A stretch of 64,000 nucleotides of DNA. Source: Antedon mediterranea. Its lineage: Eukaryota; Animalia; Echinodermata. The notes under the pieces are model-generated. The model saw nothing but the letters and a program-made list of their open reading frames with translations. It ran no database searches and was not told the origin of the DNA. Shown here one piece after another: positions 12,052 to 24,151 of the stretch (positions within the stretch are counted from its first letter, which is position 1; each line of letters begins with the position of its first letter). The stretch spans positions 11,261,888 to 11,325,887 of the forward strand of contig NC_092676.1 in assembly GCF_964355755.1 (NCBI RefSeq), written 5' to 3'. Position numbers and translations under genes: made by a program.

Positions 12052-13479
12052 TTAGTTTTTACTAATTATTGGTTTGGAAAAAAGAATATTTTCAATATAA
12101 CTATTAGGCAGGCTATATTACAAAGGAGGCCTAGCTACACCCGACCCAGCAGTAGATATTCAACTTGTTGTTGGCTGTGTAATATAACAGATATCGCCTT
12201 TTATATCGATAAAATATAATGTTTTACAACCACTTGTGAATGATAATTTTTTTAAGGGAATATACAGTATTTCCCTCGAACAAAATATCATTCCCTAGGG
12301 GATGTCAGATCTTATATTTAACCTCTAATCTGTATAATATCTAGGGTGTATTTATTTGATTATACATGTTACCATATTACACCCAAAACAAAAATAAACT
12401 CCTCCACCGAATAAACACCTAAAAACCCATATGAACACTAAATGCCCAGGCGTTTATTCGGATAAATACGGTAAGTTATTTCTAGCATTCTGATAAGAAC
12501 TGTTGAGTTCGACGTTTCTATCAATGTTTGATCATCCTCAAGGGTCAACATTTTCTAGCATTATTATAAGCAAAAGTACAATTACAGTAACAGTAAAGGA
12601 TTTGTTGTAATTCCTATAACTAGATGGTTCTCGAATACGTAGTAATTTCAGCGTTAAAAAAACTGGCGATTTCAAATGTATGTACCGCAGGATAATAAAT
12701 ACATGTCGTTTACAGGAACGAATAAATAGACACAGTGATTTATGTACTCAACTAAAATTAGCACCCTGGGAATTACTTCCGAAAGAGAAACTTGTCACAA
12801 AATGAGACCAATTGTTTGAGTCAAGTTTAAACAAATTTAATTTGTGTTTTATATGTAACATTAGGGTTGAGGAAGAGGATGGGTACAAAGAGGAACAATT
12901 TTTAAATATATTCTTTATCCATTTAGTAACAAAATATTAATTGTTTTTATGTTTTACAAATAAACCACTAATATACCACTAAACACCGTAAAAATTGCGA
13001 ATGGTTGAAACTGTCACCGTCCTAGTCGATTGAAATAGTACAGTACATGTAACGATACATCACTATGACGTATGTTTATATAATGTAAAACAATTTGTGA
13101 AAACCACCTCTATTCGAGCAAATCATAAATTGCTTTAATCGTCAATAAATATTAAATTATCTAACTCAACTTAATTAGTAGGCCAAATGGTTTTCAATTG
13201 TTTCTTAGAGCCAATTCACACTTAAGTTGGTTCCTACCAACCCAATTTGTTCTGCGTTTTGGGCATGTGATCCTTTGTACCACCGTAGGCCTATCCTCTA
13301 CTGGCTTTACAACGCGACTCATGCCAGTGAGGGGGGGAGGGTGATGGTGTGGGTAGTGTAACTGCAATAATAAAGATTTGTATGGCGACTGAAAACACTA
13401 GCTATATATAACCTATATACAACCTCAAGTAATTTGAGACCATAATTATCACTTTCTGACCACTGGTTGCTGAGATATT

Positions 13480-13700
13480 CATATGGCCAATTTCTTGACC
13501 AGTGCTAAGAAAAGGGGTTTCCGTCCACTGGAGAACAAACTATTGTAATGCCAGTAAAAGCATTCCGCAAAACATTCCAAAAGGCATAGACAAGTGTGGA
13601 CTGTACTGGCCGAACATTAACGCTGATATTGAAGCGATGATTCGTGAATGCAGCCTGTGTCAGGAAAACCACAAAAAAAACAGAACCGATAATAACAATC
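13480..13700 (+). pseudogene. Gypsy integrase zinc-binding (H2C2) fragment
   Basis: ..GIDKC..LYWPNINADIEAMIRECSLCQ. Confidence 0.7.
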
Positions 13701-13939
13701 AAAGCTACAAATGTTTGGGAAGTAGTAGAAACAGATTAAAGAATGCTGGTAGTAGTATGGCTGCAGATGAAGCCATAAATGTCAGTGCAGGACCAATTTG
13801 GCATACAAAAGGACTTCATCAAAACATCAGCACAAGCAATAAGAAATTTGCTAACATGCAAATCTATCATTTAGAGTGAAACAAATTACAAACAGAGATT
13901 TTTCTTTTTTAAATGGTCACATATAATGAGGAGATTAAA

Positions 13940-15060
13940 ATTTGAGCATCACACCTCTGGCACTCATCCCGATGATATGCAAATTAGCTTAAATATGCAA
14001 ATTAGGGTGAAATTACAGGGTTACCATATCTCAAAAAGTACTAGTCCGAGAGAGTTGATTTTTTTCACAGATTTATTCAAAATATTTATATTTACTGTAA
14101 TGAAACATTTTATAAAAAAATGAGTGGAAGTACACCATTTGACCTTCGACCCAATTTCTCAATGTTTGCATACACAATGTGACTAAAGTGTCTGTAGAGA
14201 CTTTATTTTGCCCTCAAATGACCCAGACATAGGTTCCTAATAGCCAGCATAGGACCAATTTATAATTCCCAAAATCACACCTTTGTCACACACCTCGAAA
14301 GTATGCAAATTAGTATTACAATTTAAATAAAATATGCAAATAAGGGGGAAAAATTACAGTTGTCCTATATCTTGAAAACCACTAATGCTAGAGAATTGAT
14401 TCAGAATGTACATATATTTGCTCCAATGAAACATTTTACAAAAAATTGACCGGAAGTATGACATTTGACCCTCGACCCCATTTCTCAATATTGCATAATT
14501 ATATAATGAAACTAAAATGTCTGTTGAGACTTTGTTTTGCCCTCAAATGACTCAGATACAGGTTTCTAATAGCCAACATAGGACTGTTTAGTAAATCTCA
14601 AAATCACGCCTGTATCACTCACCTTCAAAGTATGCAAATTATTAGTACAAGTTACATGAAATATTCAAATTAGGGGGTGAAATTACAGGTTCCTATATAT
14701 CGAAAATTACTATGGCTAGAGAGAAAAAAAACCTTGTTCAGAATGTACATATCTATATTTGCTCTAATGAAACATTTTACGAAAAAATGACTGGAAATAC
14801 AACAATTGACCCTCGACCCCATTTATCAATTTTTGCATACTGTATAAATGCAACTACAATGTCTGTAGAGACTTTGTTTTGGACTCAAATAACTCGGATA
14901 CAGGTTTCCTATAGTCGGCATAGGACCACTTTGTAATTCCCAAAATTACGCCTTCATCATGCACCTTGAAATTATGCAAATTAGTAGTACAAATTACATG
15001 AAATACGCAAATAAGGGGGTGAAATTACAGTCTTCCCATATCTCTAAAACCATTAATGCT
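13940..15060 (+). repeat. Left arm of a foldback-like structure built of ~330-bp tandem units
   Basis: TATGCAAATT recurs at 13976, 14302, 14631 and 14973. 14284-15050 is mirrored by 16088-16276 plus 27931-28421. Confidence 0.75.
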
Positions 15061-15831
15061 GTCTTGGGTAGAATTGTAACTGGTGAACCAGTATCTATGG
15101 TCATGTTCACTTTTGCTGAATGACCTATCAGTACGTCAGTGCGTAATTTTCTGTTAACCATCACATTAACAGACATGACTTCATCAATATTTTCAATTTC
15201 AACACTTCTGCAAACACTAGCAAAATGTCCTATTTTACGACATTTATTGCATTTAGCTTTCTTTGCCTTGCATTTGACATCATTTGCTTTGTGCGATTTT
15301 GAACCACAACGAAAACAGTACTCACTTGATTTGTATTTTGCTGGCTGTTGTTTAGGTTTGTAATTACTCTTTCGTATCTGCTCAACAGGTACTGGTAGTT
15401 CAGCTTTACCTATTATTTGGCATTCTTTTGCAGCATGTTCGCATTGCCTTGCAATTTCTATGGCAGTATTTAATGTAAGTTCAGGTTCCAGAAGTAATCT
15501 TTCGCGAGTACGGGAAGATAGTTTTCGCAACTAACTGGTCTTTTATCATTTCATCGGCTATTACACCGAAATTACATGACATTGATAATTGTCGAAGTTC
15601 TCTTACGTACTCATCTAATGTTTCATCCTGGAGTTGTCTACGTTGACGAAATTTGTATCTTTCTGCTACAACATTCAATCTTGGGTTAAAATGTTCCCGC
15701 AATTTGGCAACAGTTGCATCATACGAATTAACATCATCATCTGGATCAATTTCTCTTTCTGGTAAAGAGCTGTAAATACGTTGACCCTCAGTACCAAGAC
15801 AATGTAGTATAAGTGCTTTTCTTCTTCGATT
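15061..15831 (-). pseudogene. Gypsy gag-protease fragment
   Basis: LHCLGTEGQRIY, ERYKFRQRRQ, zinc knuckles CFRCGSKSH and CNKCRKIGH, protease IDTGS. Frameshifted and truncated. Confidence 0.9.
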
Positions 15832-16082
15832 TGTTATATACCCCCAGTACCTTTGTACAGTAGTAATGTATTGTAATGTATTGTAAAGCTGACTCAAAGA
15901 AACATGTATTCACTTCGACTACTTTTTTAACAACTATTTTATTCACAACTCTATTATCTATATGACTCATACAAATTGGTATAGGTACAGGTGGTATTTG
16001 TAAACCAACTGATAATACAGGAAAAAGTGTACTGATAACAAATGTATCATCTTGCCTACTGGCACCATAGCTAGACATAACA
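15832..16082 (-). repeat. Probable LTR (251 bp) abutting the gag fragment
   Basis: TGTTAT...ATAACA termini, AATAAA on the minus strand. No TSD or PBS. Confidence 0.55.
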
Positions 16083-16576
16083 TCTTCCAGATATGAAAGA
16101 CTGTAATTTCACTCCCTAATTTGCATATTTCATGTAACTTGTACTAATATTTTGCATACTGTACTTTTGAGGTTTGTGACAAAGATGTGATTTTGGGAAT
16201 TACAAAACTATGCTGACTATAGGAAAACTGTATCCAAGTCATTTGAGTCCAAAACAAAGTCTTTACAGACATTTTAAGGCCAACTCAGACAGCGTCGTAC
16301 GATGAGGCCCGACGAGACGTCTTGTCTGGACTTGACTCGTCCGTGCTGTCTGAGTTGAATCCAGACGAGACGGGTCGTCGTGAGATAGCGTCGGGGGTAG
16401 TTTTAGGTCGTAGTGAGCATATTAAACATGTTTAATTTTCACCCGACGAGACGACTCGTTTGTTGGGTATTGACCAATCACAGGCGTTTAAATTATGATG
16501 GCAGGTCAAGAGGGGAAAAATTTTTATCGAAGAGCGCGAAGAAGTAATGTGCTTCGCGGGGATTATTTCCATCATC

Positions 16577-16757
16577 ATGGCGGTCAGTGGTGGTGGTGCA
16601 CGTGAAGAAGATTTATGGTCAGAAGAGGCCGAGTCTTGCCTTATTGACCTTTGGAGGAATGAAATGTGTCTATATGACACTACCTCCAAAGAGTATAGCA
16701 ATCGACAGCTTAGGCAAAAAAAAGTAGAAGAATTCGCCGTAATATTAGGAAAAAGTG
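16577..16757 (+). CDS. Harbinger MADF(Myb/SANT-like)-BESS protein, exon 1
   Basis: MAVS..WSEEAESCLIDLWRNEMCLYDTTSKEYSNR. GTAAGT donor, phase 1. Confidence 0.9.
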
Positions 16758-17021
16758 GTAAGTCCAACAAATAATATTAATACTAGCCTAGGCCTAGGCT
16801 AGTACTAGGCTAGGCCTATAATAAGGCCCCTCCTAGGCTAGGCCTAAAATAATAAATATTTACTACTAGGCCTAGCCTAGGCCTAGCCTACTAGGGGCCT
16901 AGGCTAGGCCTAGGTAGATGGATTGTACCAATTAGCGGTTTGTCCCAATTAGGGATAGGCCTAGGCCTAGGCCTATAGGCACAACAGCTATTTTACTAAT
17001 AATAATATAGCCTAGCTAGGC

Positions 17022-18119
17022 GGGTGTCACGAAACCTAAGACCACGAAAGCTAAGACCCCCTAAGACCTAACTAAGATCACGAAAGCTAAGACCCAACAC
17101 TAAGATTACAAATATTTATCTTTCGCACCTGCCTTGTATTTTAACTCCAAACATTTATTCTGAATACCACACCTTAGAATTGGCACTTTCATGAAAAAGA
17201 ATCACATAAAAAGTAACAAATACATTTTTAAATTGATGATTTTACAGATGTTTTTCTCGCACACAAAATGACTAGCCTACAGTACAGGGTGGACCCAGTA
17301 CAGTAGGCCTACCCCATGTTCAATGTTTTTGTATCTATGGAACGTCAAAAGAGCAAACATTATATAGAGGGCTGAAAACTCTGTGGAGTCCATCTACAGT
17401 GTGGATGGAACAATGTAAAATTAAAATTGTAATGATAATAGTATAATCATGCAAGTACGAAGAAATAAATACTGGCAAATAAATTTTAATTTAAAAATCA
17501 TGATAAGTTTTTTTGTTTCGTTTTCTTTCTGTTTTTATACTTGTACTATTATTGTTGCTCTTTTGGCGCTCCATAGAAACAAAAACATTGAGCATGGGGA
17601 GCTCGAGGAGTTACATTGTCATTACAGTATACAAAGAAACACATCTGTAAAATCATCAATTTAAAGGATTTATTTATTTGTTATTATGTGTTTCTCCTTC
17701 TGAAAGTACTTATAAGTCCTAATTTTAAAGTTTGGTGTTCAGGATAAAGTTAGTCAACAAATTTGGAGTCAAAATACAAGAAAGGCAGGTGCGTAAGAAA
17801 AACATCCTCTGAACCAACACAATGGAGTAAATATATACCAACAAACAACCCGTCAAGTTTGTTTGTTGTAAAGAAAAAATATACATTTACTCAACGGGTG
17901 AAAATAATGTGAGTTTATCTATGTTTTGCGGTAGTATTAAATTATATTTATGGTAATAAATTAAACCTACTGTGTTTAAAATTATGTATGGATAAACAAG
18001 TATTGTTTTTAAGCTGTAGTATATCTTAGTATTTGTAATCTTAGGTGTTGGGTCTTAGCTTTCGTGATCTTAGGTCTTAGGGGGTCTTAGCTTTCGTGGT
18101 CTTAGGTTTCGTGACACCC
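17022..18119 (+). mobile_element. MULE-like non-autonomous element, family A, copy 1
   Basis: TIR GGGTGTCACGAAA.. with AAGACC subterminal repeats. Only CTAGCT of the TSD survives. An orphan terminus sits at 18170-18209. Confidence 0.85.
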
Positions 18120-18277
18120 CTAGCTTAATTATTAATTATTGCCAAAAATGAATGACCCACACTCGACTCGGGTGTCACGAAAGCTCAGACCACGAAAGCT
18201 CAGACCCCCTAGCCTACCTAGTAGTAGTAGCATTAATATATAGATAGTAGGCCTAATATTATGGGCTAGTATTAGCC

Positions 18278-20314
18278 GGGTAGTAACAAAGTGCGAGGCA
18301 GGGAAGGCATGCGAGGCAAGTCAGAAATTTATGCGAGGCATCGTTTTACCATCATCAAAAAATGCGAGGCATCATTTTATCATTTCTCAAAATTGCAAGG
18401 CAGGAAATCACCGAAATTGAAGTAGCCTAGGCCTAGGCCCGCTAGGCTAGTTTCCTTTTGCACCTGCCTTGTAATTTAACCAAGGCTTTATCCTGAATAC
18501 CACAGCTTAGAATTAGTAGGCCTACTTTAATGAAGAAAAATCACATAAAAGTAACAATAAATCCATTAAATTGGTGATTTTACAGACGTTGTTTTTCTCG
18601 CATTTCGCACACTCAATGTTCAATATTTTGGTTTCTATGGAACGCCAAAAGAGCAAAATTAATTAGAGGGCTAAAAACTCTGTGGAATCCATTTATATTT
18701 AACGCATTATTTGGTGAAAATCAAGTACAATTTCAATAGATTTTGTCACTGTCAGTAAGGAAAAATGTTACTGTTGATAATGTACACGGTTTCGTTAACC
18801 TTTTAAAGAATAAAATAGAAAAATTCATCATAATATCCTTAGTAGGATGTCCTAGGTCTAGACTAGGTAGTGATGTTGATTTAGGATCGATTATTATTCT
18901 TTGAAAACAGAACAGTATCAGCAGTAACATATTACAACATTTTTATTGACAAATTAACAAATATATTGAAATAAAACGTGTTTTTCACCAATAAATGCAT
19001 GAGAAATTGACGCATTCCACTGAGTTTTAGTCCTCTATTATCGTTGCTCTTTTGGCGCTCCATAGAAAAAAATATTGAACATTGAATAAGTGAAATTCGC
19101 GAACAGTGTGCGAGAAACACGCCTGTAAAATCATTAATTTAAGGATTTATTTGTTACTTTTTATGTGATTCTTTCATTAAAGTACTCATGAGGTATACTT
19201 CTAAGGTGTGGTATTCACACGATAAAGTTAGTTATCAAATTTGGAGTAAAAATACAAGCGAAGGAAACTAGCGCCAGGTTTATTAGTACGTACATGGACA
19301 ACAATAAATAAAAATCGTTCGTAATATACCTAGCTTACTAAAACAGGAATAGTGTATCATTATTAAATATTATACCAACTATTATTTTATCAAAATTGAT
19401 TAAATTATTTTCTACATAGGCCTCTTATCTAGGTTAGGGCTAAGCATATTAGCTAAAGTTTAATTTTAGGCCTAGTATTACAATTGTCGGACGCAAGTCT
19501 TTTTTCACACGCGCTCCAGAATTCTGTCGCAATTTTTTTCTTTGCGGCATGTTATTGGATCGGCATATCAGTTACCTTTTATTCACCGCCAGTTATTGAA
19601 CTTGTCCTGGCAATCGCTGTTCACCTTATTTGCGAGAGAGGTACACGTGTTGTTCCTAGAGAATGGAATGTCAAAAATGTCTTTGGCACGCGCCGCTCAG
19701 AGAGAAGTCTGTGCGTTGCTGCTGGAACCACGTGCTATAGGAGGGGAATGCACCACAATCCTCTGAGCTGAGGGCTGAATCATTCCGCTACCTACTAAAT
19801 AGTAAAGAGGGATTTTCCATCTCTCGGGTCTACCGGATCTAGGCGCAGGGGTGTGACAAAATATTATTTTCACTCTGCTATGTTCGAGAGACATGTGAGT
19901 GAACACGCTCGAAATGCCAACAAACATTGCAGTCATTTGATGAGTGTGTCGCTATAACAATTATTGTTTATCGAAAGTTGAAGACTGTCGTTCAGATTTT
20001 TGAACCGTAGTTTGGGCACTTTTGTAAAAGTAAAATTTGACACGATATGACTTGAATGAAAAAACAATCGTTACATAAAAATAAACAACATGATGAGTGT
20101 ATACACGAATCTATTTAGATACGCTTGTATCGATTGATTATTAGGCCTATAATATAGCATTATTAACAGCACGTTAAGATATGCCTCGCACCTTTTTGAA
20201 ATTGTAAACTATATGCCTCGCACTTTTGGAAATGATAAAATGATGCCTCGCACAAATATTTGGCATGCCTCGCTTGCCTCGCGAGCCTCGCTGCCTCGCA
20301 CTTTGTCAACACTC
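18278..20314 (+). mobile_element. MULE-like non-autonomous element, family B, copy 1
   Basis: Imperfect TIRs GGGTAGTAACAAAGTGCGAGGCAG / GAGTGTTGACAAAGTGCGAGGCAG, TGCGAGGCA repeats, 9-bp TSD GTATTAGCC (18269-18277, 20315-20323). Confidence 0.9.
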
Positions 20315-20325
20315 GTATTAGCCTA

Positions 20326-23284
20326 GAGTGTTGACAAAGTGCGAGGCAGCGAGGCACGCGAGGCATGCCAAATATTTGTGCGAGGCATCATTTTATTATT
20401 TCCAAAAGTGCGAGGCATATAGTTTACAATTTCAAAAAGGTGCGAGGCATAGCTTAACGTGCTATTATGCTATATTATTGGCCTAATAATCAATCGAGGT
20501 GTCACGATAAATATGGTCCGGGGCCAAAATCGGTCCGGCCGGACCAGTTTTGGCTCTAAAATTGTGGCCAAAAGCAGTCCGCCACTGCCAAAATCGGTCC
20601 GGGCTTTTCTTCTGTCGATTTTAATTGAATTACTAGGCCTATGATGCTGTTTTAAATTGTTTATGGCTATAAAAATATCCCATGATATATATTAGTAAGT
20701 TATCTTGTCGGATAAATACTATAAATAAATGTATTTTATCTAAAAACATGACTTAGGTGTTCACTCATATTTCGGCCTGCCACACACTCACATGAACGGG
20801 TATGAGACGCTGATATTGCCAGCTAGATTTGATTTATGATTGAGGTCTTTTTCCTTTTCCTCAGCCTAATCAATATTGGATAATTTTTTTCTAATAATTG
20901 TATTGAATTGATATATTGATTGATTAACCATAAATAATTAATAAATTAAATTGTTTTTAACATCATGGGGAAACGAAGATGTTAAAAAAGAACAAAATGG
21001 ATTAAAAACAGGCAGAGATACATATTGTATACAAAAAGCCTAACAATTAGTACTTATTATTGATGAGTTACTACTAATAATGATAATAAAAAAACAGGCT
21101 TAATTTATAATATTAAAATAACAAATAAAACCCCATAGTTTTCAATATAATGACTAATCATGGCCTTTTTTTTTAATGATATATACATTATGACTCATAT
21201 TGCGCACCATATATTTGTAAGACCGGACCATATTTGGCGGCCAAAAACAGTCCTACTGCCCGGACCAATTTTATCCAGGCCGGACCAGTTTTGGCGGCCA
21301 AAATTGGTCCGGCCGGACAGGTTTTGGCAGCCATAAATGGTCCCCCGGACTGATTTTGGCAGCCAAAACTGGTCCGCCGGACCGATTTTGGCCCGGACTG
21401 ATTTTGGCGTGACAGATACAAGCGTATCTAAATAGATTCGTGTATACACTCATCATGTTGTTTATTTTTATGTAACGATTGTTTTTTCATTCAAGTCATA
21501 TCGTGTCAAATTTTACTTTTACAAAAGTGCCCAAACTACGGTTCAAAAATCTGAACGACAGTCTTCAACTTTGGATAAACAATAATTGTTATAGCGACAC
21601 ACTCATCAAATGACTGCAATGTTTGTTGGTATTTCGAGCGTGTTCACTCACATGTCTCTCGAACATAGCAGAGTGAAAATAATATTTTGTCACACCCCTG
21701 CGCCTAGATCCGGTAGACCCGAGAGATGGAAAATCCCTCTTTACTATTTAGCAGGTAGCGGAATGATTCAGCCCTCAGCTCAGAGGATTGTGGTGCATTC
21801 CCCTCCTATAGCACGTGGTTTCAGCAGCAACGCACAGACTTCTCTCTGAGCGGCGTGCCAAAGACATTTTTGACATTCCATTCTCTAGGAACAACACGTG
21901 TACCTCTCTCGCAAATAAGGTGAACAGCGATTGCCAGGACAAGTTCAATAACTGGCGGTGAATAAAAGGTAACTGATATGCCGATCCAATAACATGCCGC
22001 AAAGAAAAAAAATTGTGACAGAATTCTGGAGCGCGTGTGAAAAAAGACTTACGTCCGACAATTGTAATACTAGGCCTAAAATTAAACTTTAGCTAATACG
22101 CTTAGCCCTAACCTAGATAAGAGGCCTATGTAGAAAATAATTTAATCAATTTTGATATAATAATAATTGGTGTAATATTTAATAATGATACACTATTCCT
22201 GTTTTAGTAAGCTAGGTATATTACGAACGATTTTTATTTATTGTTGTCCATGTACGTACTAATAAACCTGGCGCAAGTTTCCTTCGCTTGTATTTTTACT
22301 CCAAATTTGATAACTAACTTTATCGTGTGAATACCACACCTTAGAAGTATACCTCATGAGTACTTTAATGAAAGAATCACATAAAAAGTAACAAATAAAT
22401 CCTTAAATTAATGATTTTACAGGCGTGTTTCTCGCACACTGTTCGCGAATTTCACTTATTCAATGTTCAATATTTTTGTTTCTATGGAGCGCCAAAAGAG
22501 CAACGATAATAGAGGACTAAAACTCAGTGGAATGCGTCAATTTCTCATGCATTTATTGGTGAAAAACACGTTTCATTTCAATATATTTGTTAATTTGTCA
22601 ATAAAAATGTTGTAATATGTTACTGCTGATACTGTTCTGTTTTCAAAGAATAATAATCGATCCTAAATCAACATCACTACCTAGTCTAGACCTAGGACAT
22701 CCTACTAAGGATATTATGATGAATTTTTCTATTTTATTCTTTAAAAGGTTAACGAAACCATGTACATTATCAACAGTAACATTTTTCCTTACTGACAGTG
22801 ACAAAATCTATTGAAATTGTACTTGATTTTCACCAAATAATGCGTTAAATATAAATGGATTCCACAGAGTTTTTAGCCCTCTAATTAATTTTGCTCTTTT
22901 GGCGTTCCATAGAAACCAAAATATTGAACATTGAGTGTGCGAAATGGGAGAAAAACAACGTCTGTAAAATCACCAATTTAATGGATTTATTGTTACTTTT
23001 ATGTGATTTTTCTTCATTAAAGTAGGCCTACTAATTCTAAGCTGTGGTATTCAGGATAAAGTTGGTTAAAATACAAGGCAGGTGCAAAGGGAAACTAGCC
23101 TAGCGGGCCTAGGCCTAGGCTACTTCAATTTCGGTGATTTCCTGCCTTGCAATTTTGAGAAATGATAAAATGATGCCTCGCATTTTTTGATGATGGTAAA
23201 ACGATGCCTCGCATAAATTTCTGACTTGCCTCGCATGCCTTCCCTGCCTCGCGTGCCTCGCTGCCTCGCAGTTTGTTACTACCC
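20326..23284 (-). mobile_element. Family B, copy 2, inverted, with a nested insertion
   Basis: Near-identical reverse complement of copy 1; 9-bp TSD ATTAGCCTA (20317-20325, 23285-23293). Confidence 0.9.
20498..21414. mobile_element. Unclassified non-autonomous TIR element with GGTCC/GGACC subterminal repeats
   Basis: TGTCACG...CGTGACA ends. Absent from B copy 1, which gives the empty site CAATCGATACA. Confidence 0.8.
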
Positions 23285-23841
23285 ATTAGCCTAGGCCTAG
23301 TTAGTAGGCCCTAAAAGTTCCACAAATAAACTACAGTAGTCTCTACTACTTTGTCTTTACTTACTAGTTCTAGCCTAGAGAGAGGCGCCTAGGCATATTA
23401 TAAATTATCAGCAACATTCACATGAATTCATTCACTTTCATTGGCAAGAAAAATAAATAAGCAAAACTGCGCCTATTATTATATGCCCTATATAGGTAAT
23501 TTAATTATTAATATTTATTATTTGTATCAATATCATATAATCATATACACAGTATATATTCCAAGTAAATTTAAACATTAAATAAACAGTAAAATATGAT
23601 ATAATTTTATTATTAATAATTGTATTTATATTATATACACAGTATACATTCCAAGTAAAGGTAAAATAAATTGTATAAAATATAATGTAATTTAATTATT
23701 AATATTTGTATCAATATCATATATCATATACACAGTATATATTCCAAGTAAATGTAAAATAAATGGTAAAAATGGATTGTGATTATATAGATTATTAATA
23801 TATTATGATTTAATTATATATATATATTTGTATTTTAATAG

Positions 23842-24017
23842 ACATTGAGATCAAAAAACATATAAATTCCCTGAGGACACAATTTATGCGTTACAGAAAG
23901 AGCCTGCCTAGTGGGAGTGCTGCCAGGAAAAGAACAGCTAGGCAGCAATGGGTGCTGGAGCGATGTGACTGGCTTACTCCATACATTAAGCAGAGGGCGT
24001 CTCAGTCCACATTAGAT
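23842..24017 (+). CDS. Harbinger MADF-BESS protein, exon 2
   Basis: DIEIKKHINSLRTQFMRYRKSLPSGSA..QQWVLERCDWLTPYIKQRASQSTLD completes the MADF domain. TAG acceptor, GTAAGT donor, phase 1 to 0. Not in the ORF track. Confidence 0.9.
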
Positions 24018-24151
24018 GTAAGTAATACTATAGCCTAAAGATGGTTGTATAAAGTAGAGTCCTCAATGAGAATACTGTAAAACAAATTGTGAAAATAAAA
24101 GGAAGCATAATAGTTGGAATTTATGTAGCACGTATACAGTATACTGTGTAT

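Larger units (their letters stand above)
9932..12100 (+). mobile_element. Penelope-like retroelement (RT + GIY-YIG) with inverted 5' pseudo-LTR; decayed
   Basis: RT motifs (DVVSLFT, GVAMGSPVSP, RYVDD, IPFLD, VYRKPTHTDQYL) and GIY-YIG (VYEISC..C...YIGETGR....RLKEH). pLTR at ~11940-12099 with inverted copy 9932-10138. 16-bp TSD CTATTAGGCAGGCTAT at 9916-9931 and 12101-12116. Confidence 0.95.

Noticed and set aside
13325-13400. G-rich tract as purine tract plus LTR start
   Set aside because: No matching LTR end or second copy found.
15788-16078. 96-aa ORF as a host exon
   Set aside because: Coincides with the putative LTR and does not fit the TRMT2B exon chain.
17449-17664. Small ORF repeated three times (17449, 48267, 58000) as a peptide gene family
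   Set aside because: Lies in AT-rich MITE interior; identity reflects recent copying, and no domain is recognisable.
19484-19936. GC-richer ORFs in family B as a captured gene
   Set aside because: Frames differ between the two copies and I recognise no domain; a BLASTx search would be needed.
21188-21456. Repetitive ORFs here and at 39025-39461 and 41362-41662
   Set aside because: Translations of subterminal tandem repeats.
18271-23291. A single 5-kb foldback element with a 7-bp TSD
   Set aside because: Better explained by two inverted elements, each with its own 9-bp TSD.
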